64,000 nt of DNA from Utricularia gibba (Eukaryota > Plantae > Magnoliophyta): assembly GCA_002189035.1 (NCBI GenBank), contig CM007991.1, forward strand, positions 4,278,001 through 4,342,000, written 5' to 3'. Position 1 is the first letter of the stretch; each line of letters starts with the position of its first letter. The translations under genes were made by a program, and so were the position numbers. Below, one piece after another: positions 52,710 through 64,000 of this stretch. The notes below the pieces were generated by a model. The model was given only the letters and a program-made list of their open reading frames with translations, had not been told where the DNA came from and did not search any database.

Positions 52710-55700
52710 CTACATCTGGGGTCTTGTCTGAACGACGTAAATCTTGCCGTCCCTCACAACGCCTTCAATGTCTTGTGCGGATCCATACAGCTCTTCAATG
52801 GCACTTCCTGCTTGGGCGATCTTCGAGAGGATGGAGTTACGGAAGTTGGCATCTATAATCAGTGGATCAGACGAATAATCCAAGACAACTTTTTCTTCTT
52901 CGTCCATTGGCACGCTGCAAGAAGTGGCAACCTCGGTTATGTTGGATGGATTTAATGAAGTTCATCACTATGGCATTTGGATTCCGAGTGGCTGTTACCT
53001 ATCATAAAGCCCTGCACCGGCATACCCTTCCAGATCTTCACCGTTGGAATCTGATCGGAAAATAATCGATGGCCGTATGAAAAGGCCAAAGGGTTTGCTA
53101 GGATATCCCAATACCTGAAATGGTAATGTTCAGGAGTGAGTAAATAAACTGAAGGATCATAACATCGACAAATGATCTTGTGACTTCCTGAAGTTTGAGG
53201 CAGCGAAGATACCTGAGGAGCATTCAAGTCATTTTTCTTGCAAATAAAGCTCAATGCACGGCCAGGATAAGCTCCCACGAGTGTTTCTCCAAGCCCCTTC
53301 ACAATCTATTGGCAACATGCATAATCCCACACTAAGCTTTCTTTTAGAAAAGTTGGGGGTCAAGTTAACTCATAATAAGGAGAATACTTCACACTATTGG
53401 CTATGTTCCCAAGTACCTCAGCATAGATTTCTGATGAATCTCCAGAGGATGGATTTGTAGTGTGTATAACGAATGCGTAGTCAGCATTAACAATTTCTTG
53501 AACAAGGACAGCCATGCAAAGGTAGGCGTGGTCGAGGTTCACTTTCCTGGTGCTAAAGTAGGCCCTCTCATTCCATTTCGAGGCCCATACCTATGAAAGA
53601 AGATTACAGGGCTATTTGAATATGAACTTGGTATTTTCGAGTAATGTGCAACTTCCTATTGGAAATCTAAATCACCTTCTTTATGGCTCTCCACGCCTTT
53701 TCCCATCTCTCTGCACCTTCATCACCAGGCCATGGCATACCGGAACTCTGCATCTTCTCTTTGAGCTCTTTGACCTGGAAACATGGAGGCGGAAGGAACT
53801 TGATATGTTTGCCCAAAAATGAACACATAAGGCTTGATGCAGCTGATTTGAGCATCTAAGAAGGCGTCTACTTAATTCAATGCAAATTTCATCAGTAATG
53901 AAATGTGTGCCTGTGCCCATCCTGGAAGATACGATTGAAAATAAGGAAATAAACATACCAATTCCACTGGAGCTGAAAGTTCCAAGACAATCTTCCGAAT
54001 TTCAACAAGAGCATCGGAGTTTCCTTCTTCTAAATCTTTTGTCAGAACTTGTAATTTCTTTGCCACATCCTGCAAAACATACAGTGAAATGAAAGGGGAA
54101 TCATGAGTTCTTCCATATACCAGGGAACCAAGATGAATGGAATGATTGCATGCTAGATAATTATATTCTTAAAACACTTAAGCCAAAAGTGTTTTTCCCT
54201 CTCCGGGAATCTTTTAGAGATCAACGATTCTTGTACAACGATCGACCAACTTAGCTAACTTATTGTCATCCATGGTAAATGTGGGGTTTGCGTAGGATGC
54301 TACAAGAACGAGTACCTTGTTTATATCATTTGAAAGGACTTCTTCAAAAACACCAAACGGTAATGCAACTGAAGTTGGAACGTTGACCCAAGAAGGAACT
54401 CTTCCTCGAACATAGGCAATGTTTCGTGATTTGGCCCCAACCTAAACCGCACATGTCTCTCTCAACACGTGAATATGCAAATCTCAAGCCGAAAAATTCC
54501 CCAACATAAAATGAATATTCACTTACCATTTCACCGGTAAATTCATTAGCAGAGATGGCATATCTTCCTAAAAACTGCTTTCTCACCAGCGCCACAGATG
54601 GTGAAGGCAAATCCTCCTTCAAGCTATTTGGACTTAAAAGCTCATCATCATTCACCTCACTACAGTGGAACGGAAAGTCATAATAGTTTGCCATGTAGTC
54701 TAACGTCTTGTGAAGAGCATCTTTAAGTTGAAGAGGAAAATTTCACTTTTTCGTTTTATTAATTCGTTAAATATTTAATCATGAAAATACCTGTACACAA
54801 CATCTGAAGACGTCGGATTTAAGCGCAACAATTTTCCTTCTTTTGTTTGGATGCTTGTCAAAATGCCATCATCAAAGCATGTTGCAAAGCACACCTACAA
54901 AACACTGCAGTTTAGCCATATACAATAGAGCTGCAGACATACGGGTTCAACGTGTACCACAGATGAAGTGAAGCAAGGAAAACAAGTGCAACCTTACAAT
55001 TCCTCGCACGGACAGAGACATGGGATAGAACATCAGGCATGTCTGGAGTAAGTACCGCAACAGCACCATCAGGAATTTCTTCTTCGCCTTTGACAGAATT
55101 GGCCACCAATATTGTTGGCTTTGAATAAGATTTAGACTGAACAGAGAGCAACTTATCCACCACTACGACATATCCAACAACTTCAACTGGACTAATAATC
55201 TGCCAGCTGTTTCAAACAGGAACAGACCAATTAACTTCAAAATTAGGTAGAAAATCAACATTGCAACATTTGATGGCAAGCCAAAATATTTATTTTTTAT
55301 TTTTCAGTAGACTGCAATTAGAGCATTTGAACACCATGGAACGGGAAATAGGCTACATGCCTTCCAAGATGAGCAGTTTGTCGAAGAATTGGATCAAGAC
55401 GATTAAGAAGCAATGATAGTGATGCAGCAGACCCGGCTCTAATAAGTTCTTCAGTAAAAATAGCGACCTGCATGATTAGTGCTCATCTTTAACCATGACT
55501 AAAACAGGAGACCCTAAGAAAAGAATCTAGTGTTGATGACGTACAGCTGAATTGTCTACCCCAAGCTGAGCACCCAAATACTCGGCGGATGGCTGAAGCA
55601 ACTGATGATATGATTCACCTTTGCTAGCTAGGGAAAGGCGGGTTCTATCGAGAACTGACTTTGCATACAAAGCCCAGTGGCCATCTCCACTTTTTAACAT

Positions 55701-58700
55701 GGTTAGAGCTAGATTCCATCCCTATAGTTAAACAAAAAACACCAATAAGAATGAATATATAAAAAAAGTCACATTCCTTCAAATATATTTTTTATGAGTA
55801 ATAAAAGGTATAGGGATAAAGTGGAAGCTGAAGGTCTGACAATGTTAATTTTGTTTTCACTTGGTTCACCAACAGTACTAAAATTGGTCTTTGGGGGCTA
55901 ATTAACCATCATTGATATTCAGCATTGCTAAAATTTAGTAGCCAAACCCCTTAAAAAATGTCCATGTACAGAAAATTAATTGAATAAGATGAGCATAGAG
56001 CAGGGACTTTAAGGTGTTGACTGACATGGTTGGAGAAGATCATAATAAAGAAAACAAAGAATTTAATCTCACTGAACCTTACCTTCAAACAATAAATGAG
56101 GTCTTCATTGTTATCCACAGAGAGTGAAAGGTTCTCAATGACTAAAGAGATGAAGTATATGATTTTCTGTATAAAAAAAGTAGAATCAGATTTGCTCTCC
56201 AATTTATGAGACTTATGCCTTAACTCAGGGCTATAATTACTCAATGCTAATTTATGAGACTCCAGGCTTACCTCAGGAGTTGCATTACTCAGTTCTTCAT
56301 AGTTACGCTCTATAGCTGTTCTAAATGCCGAGTCAATAGCAAGATCAAGAAACAGAAGATCCTTAAGACGGTTATCTGTCTGAAAAAGCAATGGTCTAAG
56401 CTCTTGACGTGCCTCTAGCATTCCCTATGGAAAGTCCCATATTGACAGAAACAACAGGATTTAGTATACTATCAAAATAGAAGGGTGAGTATGTGGAAAG
56501 TCAAAAGTGAAACTATAAAATTGTGAACTACCTCAAGAAGGGCTTCTACATTTTTATCTTCAAGGTGCTCCATAATAAACTGAAGTAAATCCTGTTCAAG
56601 TCACAGTGCGTCACCAATATGTTGAATAATAACTTTAACTCGAAAACAACATTGGCATTTGAAAAATCTTATACCGGAAATCCTGATGGCAAGCCAGGTA
56701 CTGGATTTATATGCACCCCTACCATGAAACCTTCTCCCTGGGGGAACCAATGTCCGGATAATTGATAATAAATCATCAAAATATAAAGGATTACCGTTAG
56801 ATGATACCTCAGCTCTATAGCCCATACAATTTGCAATGGCAGACTCCAAATCCGCACCTGAATGAACTGCCTGTATTCATAAAACAAGGCTTTTATATAA
56901 ATAAATAAATATTATTACATTTACGGAGATGCTGTAAGCACAGAAAAAAAATTCTTCCCTTAAAAAACACATTAGGATCACAAATCTAACCTTCAGAGTT
57001 CTCAAATAATTTCCAAGATCACGCAGAAGCCCACCCTTCTGTTCCTTGACAAAATTTGGTTCTGAGTGGATCGCACGGTCATAACTTAAAAGGCGCTCTT
57101 TTGTTATCCCATTATCATTTAGGGTCTTCCAATAAATGCTAATGTCAAAGTCACTTTGAATATAGTCAATCAATGCCTGAATAACAAGTTGATACCACAG
57201 CAGTGAGATAAACACAGGGAAAAAATAAATGAAGATATGTTAGATGCAACAAGTGTAAGAATACCTGGCAGATTACAACATCATCAGGGCTTGTGTTGTT
57301 ATGAAGCTTTTGATGCCATTCCTCCATCATTCCACCTTTGCAATCATTATTCCTCTGAATAGAGCAATGTAGAATCCAACATTTAAAATCTAGAGATCCA
57401 TCATGGCCCATACTTGAACAGAATAGTCCAGAGAAAGGACCTGAATGACTAGTATTTCATCCCTTATACGCTGGCCAACATCTCCCTCACCTCCCCTCCC
57501 AACAGTTGACATAATCATGCGTATAATTTCACGGTATTGTGGATATTTTTTGTAGGAATCCTGTAGAATATCAGTAAGTCTATCTTGAGCTTTGCTTATC
57601 TCCCTGAACCATAAATAAATCAGATCAGTCACAAAATGGACACAGTTAGAAAATACAGGATCTTTGCTAGAACATAAACGAGTATAATTTTCTCTAGCAT
57701 TGTTTTAGATCAGCTGCTCTTCATACATGATAGCCATATGGTAAAACGAATAGATTCAAGTAGAAAGAGCATGTGAGGGCACATGACTGCTACCGTGGTT
57801 TCACGTTGTAATTCTTGTTCCAGATAAGCTGCCGAGTGGCCATATATCTCATCCACACAAGAATGGCAGCAAGACCCAGTTCACCAGCATTAACTGCCCG
57901 TTCCATCAAATCTGCCGCAATATTGAATCTGTAGAGAAGAAACACCATAACGTAAAAAAGTTGGATTACCTCAATTTTGTTGCACGGCATCCTCTAGTAT
58001 TTAGAAACAATACACTGAAAATATGGCGCTGAATCAGAAGTAAAAAGTTAATGAGAATGTTCCACCTATGCATAAAGGACTTCTGAGCTTCGCTTTCCAA
58101 CTCTGATATCTCATCCAACAAAGATTTCGCTGTCCCTCTGCCATCTAACAACTTGTCCTATGCACAAAATTATCAGAAAAGAGAGGTAAACACTCACATA
58201 ACCAGGCCTCTCAAAATTGAAAATACTTATTTGAAGCATCTCAAAATCAGAGAAGTAAGGCAGGAATACTTCCTACTAATAGCAGATTAATAATATGGCT
58301 ACTCGTTTTTTCACTACATGTTGAAGGTAGAAGGGCATGCCTCTAAATATTGTAAAATTCGTAAATATTGATCCAATTCATTTTCTTGCAAATTTTAAAA
58401 AATCAAGTTTAGAGAAGAACAGAGATTCGCACAACCTCTTGTATTTTCTTGGGCTCTGTTTTCAAGTTGATATAGAAGTCTGATCCATTATTCTTTATCC
58501 AGTTCCCACCAGACAAAAGAACAAATGGCATCCCCACAAAATCGTCACCTTCAATTGTGACCTCTAAATATTGTACCTGTTGTCAGAGCAAGGAATTTAC
58601 TCCTACTAAAATATGATATGGTATCTATCCTGAATGGCTCCAGTCATTGAGAATATAACCACTGTATCTGGTCTAACCTTGAAAGGATGAAAATCAACAG

Positions 58701-61312
58701 AACATAAAGCAAATTTTGTTTCCACGGCCTGCTTTAAAGGAACTGAGTCGGCAGGCAATGTAGTTGAAGGAGGCGCCTATGATAAGAAAGGAGGACTGAT
58801 GTCAGCATTTCAGAATACAGAAAAAAAAAAAGTGAGTTAGTGTCTTATTAAGCTCATTCATGAACATACTGCCCATTCCCCAGGTTTTGTTGATAATGCC
58901 CAGTGGAGAACAGCAGGCTCTTCAATATCTGTAGCCAGATAAACCTTTTTGTTTCCAGATGGCTTAGCTACAACATGTACCTTCAGGGTAAACCAACGAG
59001 AAATTGAGAGGAGAGAACAGATGAGAGGCAACGAAAAATGGTAAAAATTCATCAAGGATATCCACCTGATGATAAAAAGCTTACCAGGAGTTCATTTTCA
59101 CCTAACTTATAGATCTTTTTGCTTGCCAAAGGTTCCTCAACGCGATCTTCCATCAAAGCTGAGAACTTCTGAATTGCAGAAAGCGTAGCTGGCTCTGCCG
59201 GGAGCTTTTCAACCACAGGTTCAGAAGCATACTTGGTGAGAAGTGACATCACATCCCATTTCTTTCTCTGGATTCTTTCTCCTCTAGAATAGGTTTTCTT
59301 GGCCATACGCTTAGAAACCTTGGTTTGTATATCCCCTTTAATAATCTTTTTACGTATGTCATCAAGAGAAGCACCTTTCTCTAGTTCAACCAGCAACTCT
59401 TTTCTTGCTTCTTCAAACTCCACCTGTTAACAATAAAAAACATCTGCCACATTTTTTGAATCTACTGAATGTAGTAGACATAAGGTTCCTAGCCAATAAT
59501 CTACTAAATTCTGTAAAACATGTGCAAGTTAGTATCCATACAAGTTGTTGTTCTGGGGAATAATTTGGCTTCCCAGCTTTCTCCCACCGTATATATGCTT
59601 GGATCTGAATAATATCATCTGGTATATTGCTCCTTGATTCAGAAACATGTTGCTCTTCAATCTGACTAGCACCATTATTCCTTGATAACTTTGCTCGAAG
59701 ATCCACTATAGAAGTGCCTCTAGCCAATTCATCTAGAAGCTCCATTCGAGCTGCCTCATACTCCTCCTAAAGAAAAATATAATTCAGCCGCCAAAAAAAA
59801 TAAGGATTTTTCAAGAAATCATATATAAACATGCATGTGACATAACGATATTGCATAAGACTGTGCCATGAAGAAATCACAGCTTTCATCTTCTTAAAGG
59901 TAGTAGCAATAAACAAAAATCACATGCCTGCTGTTTTTCAGTGGAATAATTTTGCTTTCCATTTCTCTCCCATCTCAAGTATGCCTGAATTTGCACAAGA
60001 TCCTCTGGTACCGAAACATCTGGAGTTTCCAATACAGCATTGGATAGCTTAACATAAAAATTTCCACCCTTGTACTTGAACCTAAAAACAATGGCAAGAC
60101 CTTTTCATTAGCATCATTCAATATGTTAAAGAACACGATTTGAACCATAGCTAAATACCATTTATTGTTTGCTCCATCGTAAATAAGAAACTCAATAGCT
60201 TCTATGGCAGGATCTTCAATATCTATGCTCACTGCAGCGAGTGATCCAGACTAAAAGAGGATGTCAATAGCAAAATATTTGATGAGTATACAAAAAAAAC
60301 TATAATCGGGGTATAGAGAACTTGTTGAGTATTTTTAAGTCATAAAGACTTACTGTGACAAAAGGACTCCTAAGTGCTTGGTTCTTATACACCGTCGTTC
60401 CAGCAGGGCGTTTTTGTGGAATTATCCATTGGCTGTGAAGGTAATAGAGTGACTTTGATTTTCATGAACGCTCATTGATAATTTCACCACAAGCTTACTT
60501 GTTCTGACTTCTCAGTGCTCCCCAGTGCAGTAACAGGTTACTACTATTGATTGTTGCTTGAATATTAACAGCATAACCATGACCTGAAGCCACAGACCCA
60601 ACATCAACCTGTTGATAGAGCACACAGACATGATGACGGAAAATACGGATATTCAGCCATCAGGACAATGTTAGCCAATTTCTGTATGCACTCATGAGAA
60701 CCGCTCAGATTACCTGTAACTCAATATTTTGATCTAGACTGAACTTCTCAGTGAGCTGCAGAGACAAATGAAGAAAATAATTTAATTAACACACGAAGGA
60801 TAAAAAGGCATATACACAAGCCAGTCACTGTAATCTTTATTCACCACTAAACTTTATATCAGAAAAAAAAAAGGTATGGGATTTTTCTTGTCAAGCCTCA
60901 GAAACATGCTGGGAACCAATTAATACACGAAGATTTAATCTATAAAGTTCTAACAATCAATGATACTTGAACATGCAAAGCCCATCTCTGAATGATAAAA
61001 AAACGATACTGAGTGATTTGTGGAGCAGCAGAGATTTCTCACCCTAGAAGATGAATCAGCAGCCAAAACTGCCCGAACCGATCTTGTGATAGGTAGACGC
61101 TTTCCCATTTGTAATTTACCTTTCCTCACTGTCAGTCTCTTTCCATTGAATGGCGTTGATATAGAGGATTTGGGTATCAGTAAATATGTTTGGCTCTGTG
61201 AAACAGTACTTCCAAGATGAGAAGTCAGGTAGATACTTTTACGCCCATGGTCGAACACATTTGTGGAAAGCAGACCCTGGTGGAGCAAATTATTCCCTAT
61301 CGTATTGCTCAT
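52710..61312 (-). CDS. GWD1: Alpha-glucan water dikinase 1, chloroplastic (GWD1/R1/SEX1), 1469 aa
   Basis: 33 coding exons traced (61312-61043, 60755-60714, 60608-60499, 60432-60354, 60250-60159, 60081-59928, 59766-59542, 59423-59085 ... 53114-52999, 52914-52710) summing to 4410 nt in frame; transit-peptide-like MSNTIGNNLLHQG; two CBM45-like LLHWG/LHWAL regions; phosphohistidine motif DVLSHVSVRAR (His codon 55022-55020); CFATC motif; C-terminus DIEGVVRDGKIYVVQTRPQM*. Confidence 0.97.
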
Positions 61313-62195
61313 TTCTCAATCTTAAGACCAACTCTAAGCCAGCATCTGAATCAGTAATTGGACAGTCTAGGAAAACAGACAATAGGAAACAACATCAGGA
61401 ACTACTTCTAATCACAAGCAGTCACAGATCATCCTCCCAGTTTAAAATATTACTTATCTGACTATACAAAAGAATGAATATCTTTAAATTGGCATATACA
61501 TAACAGAGAATCAAATTTTTCGGTAAGACCATACAAATTTCAGAAAAAGGAGGATGGCACTTCAGCAGGGTGCGCACTGAAACACTATTCCAAGGATTTC
61601 ACCAACAGGATAAGATCTATCACAAAAAAATCCCAAACCACGAAAAAGATACACTGAAATGCTCGGACGCAGAACATAAACAACAAGAACCATGATCCGC
61701 CATCTAAAACAACCTTCCACAAACAATCCCAAAAAAAGGGTGATTGGAGAAACACACCGTGACCCACCGCCATTTCACCAAAGAGAATGCACTCACTCAT
61801 GAATGATGAACATCAAGCACAAAAAAAAGAACAGAGGAAACTTAGAAAGTAAGAAAAGAATATGATCACAAATTTACAAATCGATTATATCACAATGAAC
61901 AGCGATTTAGAAGGTAAACAAACGAGAACACCTAAAACAACATTTCACAAAAAAACATTCAACAACCCCATCAAAAATCATGACTGGGGAACATACAGCA
62001 TTCATCAAACACCCCCATTCCCAATGAAATGACAAAAACTCACTAGCAACAACCATTTCACCAAAGAAAAGCTAGCCACCTGAGAAAGATGTCGATCAGA
62101 CAGAAGAGAAAGAAATCCTAGAACAAACAGGGACACGTAAAGGATGTTAGGAAATGAACCGTGATCTGGTACTTAAGTGGAGACGTTAGGAAGGA

Positions 62196-62250
62196 TATCC
62201 AGTATGCTTTCTAAAATAATCACGCGAATAACGACACGTGGAGAGATAAG
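62196..62250. promoter_or_regulatory. TATCCA, G-box (CACGTG 62235-62240) and I-box core (GATAAG 62245-62250) upstream of GWD1
   Basis: Motif matches ~0.9 kb upstream of ATG, near the probable TSS (5'UTR intron likely but not resolved). Confidence 0.35.
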
Positions 62251-63249
62251 CGAAAAGGACAGAGAAAATAACATGGAGCGCAGTGTCCGATCCCAATCCC
62301 TGACTTCTGCAACCCTTCCCAATAAACCAAGATATTCTAGAATACGAAAAATATAATATATAATAAGTGAAAAAAAAACATGCTATCAAATTAAAAAAAA
62401 CGTAAAAAAAAATGGTTAAAATATTTATTGGGCTTTGTAAATTGCATTAGCGACTAATTGGGATTACAAACCCGTTTATCACAGTCCAATAAGACAATAT
62501 TTGCCAAATGTTTTGATAATTATTCGATTTACGAACATCAACAAATGTTATTGCAAACGATTTTTGCCCAAAATGTATCAATCATGAAGTTTGTTCCCAA
62601 ATGATCAACCATCCAAATCTGGACCTCATAGAAGTGATTACCTCTAAACTTAGCTTGAAATTATCCTGAAAAATTACAAAACATAATTTTTTGTAAAAAA
62701 ATAAAATTAATGTAAAACATATAAAAACCATTTCAAAACATAGGAAAAAACTAAATAAAAAAGATATAAAATAACCCAAATTAGTTATAAAAATCCAGAA
62801 TATAAATAACAAAATGTCTCTTGTCACCCATCAAAACTAAAATTAAGTCAGTTCAATAGAGTGGCACTCTCAATTACTCTATATCAAGTGTGGTAAAAAA
62901 AATCAGCTTGAAAGCTTGCAAATAAATATCTCTAATCATGTGTCAAATGCATGCTAAGCACATGTCTCACGTGAGAGGTGACATAGGTGATGATATCATG
63001 TCACCTCATATTCCTGGAGGCACATGCTTAGAGGCCAAAGCACCTCACACACAAAAAGATGAGCAATAGTTGACAGGAGGCAATGTATGAAAAAGAACTA
63101 TTATTAATTCTATTTTTTTAACCTAGTATACATATATTTTTTTAAATATATTTAGGTCATTTATTTGTGACCATCCACTACTTTTTCATCATTTGTCCTT
63201 TTTCTTGGACATCAATTTGCATGATTGTTAATTATGTCTTCTTCCTACA

Positions 63250-63800
63250 TTTCAAATCGAAAAGATCTTGTTTGGTGTAATGGTAATGTGCAAAATTCTA
63301 ATGATTTCAACAAGGTACTCAAAAATCGTTTCAGATTCATAAAACATCCTGTTGGAATCCATAGAAATGTAATAGCTTGTTCAAAATGTGCAAAAGATAT
63401 TAAGAATGAGATAAGGGAATTGCGTGCAAAAAAAGGCTAATGCATCCAATAAAATGGATGTCATTCCTCATCTTGATCAAGTAGACGTACTAGATGAAAA
63501 TAAAAATTTTACTTTCTATTAGCGTTCAAATCATACATCCACATCATATGAATGTGGATGTGATATGAATGTTTATAAAAAAAAAAGATGAGGGATTTAG
63601 TAGTGCAAGCCTGTTTTAGATGGATATACAATGTTAGAAATTCTTTCAATGCTGTTAGATATAATCGTCTAGTGCATGATATTAGAAATTATGAGAAAAA
63701 TAGGAAACCTATTGTAGCCATAACAAAAACGACCAAGACCTGAGGACGTATGAAATACCTTATAAGGAGCGAAATGCCCGAGGATATCAAATCAATGAGG
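63250..63800 (+). mobile_element. hAT-type (BED zinc finger / DUF659-like) transposase remnant
   Basis: RKDLVWC...RFIKHPVGIHRNVIACSKCAKDIKNEIRELRAKK (ORF 63225..63440) resembles BED-finger N-terminus; FRWIYNVRNSFNAV (~63615) resembles ARWFY-x-GIPFNAV. Confidence 0.55.
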
Positions 63801-64000
63801 TGAAGAGATCCCAATAAGGTACATAAGCATCACGTGAAATACTCACAAAAGCATGAAGACTAAATGTGTGCTTTGAAAAAAAATTTGGGAATTATTTTTA
63901 GTTCTATTTTTATCAAACATAATTTTATATAAAACACTTCCTATTTCTATTTTTATTTTTGAAAAAAAATAAATTTTGGATATAATTAAAAATGAGATAG

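Overview
Plant (most likely eudicot) nuclear genomic window. It holds four intact intron-containing genes whose exons I traced by hand through splice sites: a MATE/DTX transporter (-, 8 exons, 529 aa), AP-1 complex mu subunit (+, 11 exons, 430 aa), a TAA1/TAR-type tryptophan aminotransferase (-, 5 exons, 399 aa) and alpha-glucan water dikinase GWD1/SEX1 (-, 33 coding exons, 1469 aa, with two GC-AG introns). The genes sit among dense, decayed and nested transposon debris: five solo LTRs with 5-bp target-site duplications (TSDs), a full-length but degenerate Ty1/copia, a 1.8-kb internally deleted copia, a truncated copia with LTR+PBS+gag, PIF/Harbinger remnants, Tourist-like MITEs and a hAT remnant. 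The most unusual structure is a local duplication of the AP1M-TAA1 gene pair. Only its two ends survive (AP1M exons 7-10, and the TAA1 promoter to the start of exon 2). Both are about 91% identical to the originals in the exons compared, and both abut or lie next to PIF/Harbinger sequence. I found no evidence for a new biosynthetic cluster, RNA genes or CRISPR arrays. Identity values are manual counts or estimates; no database searches were run.
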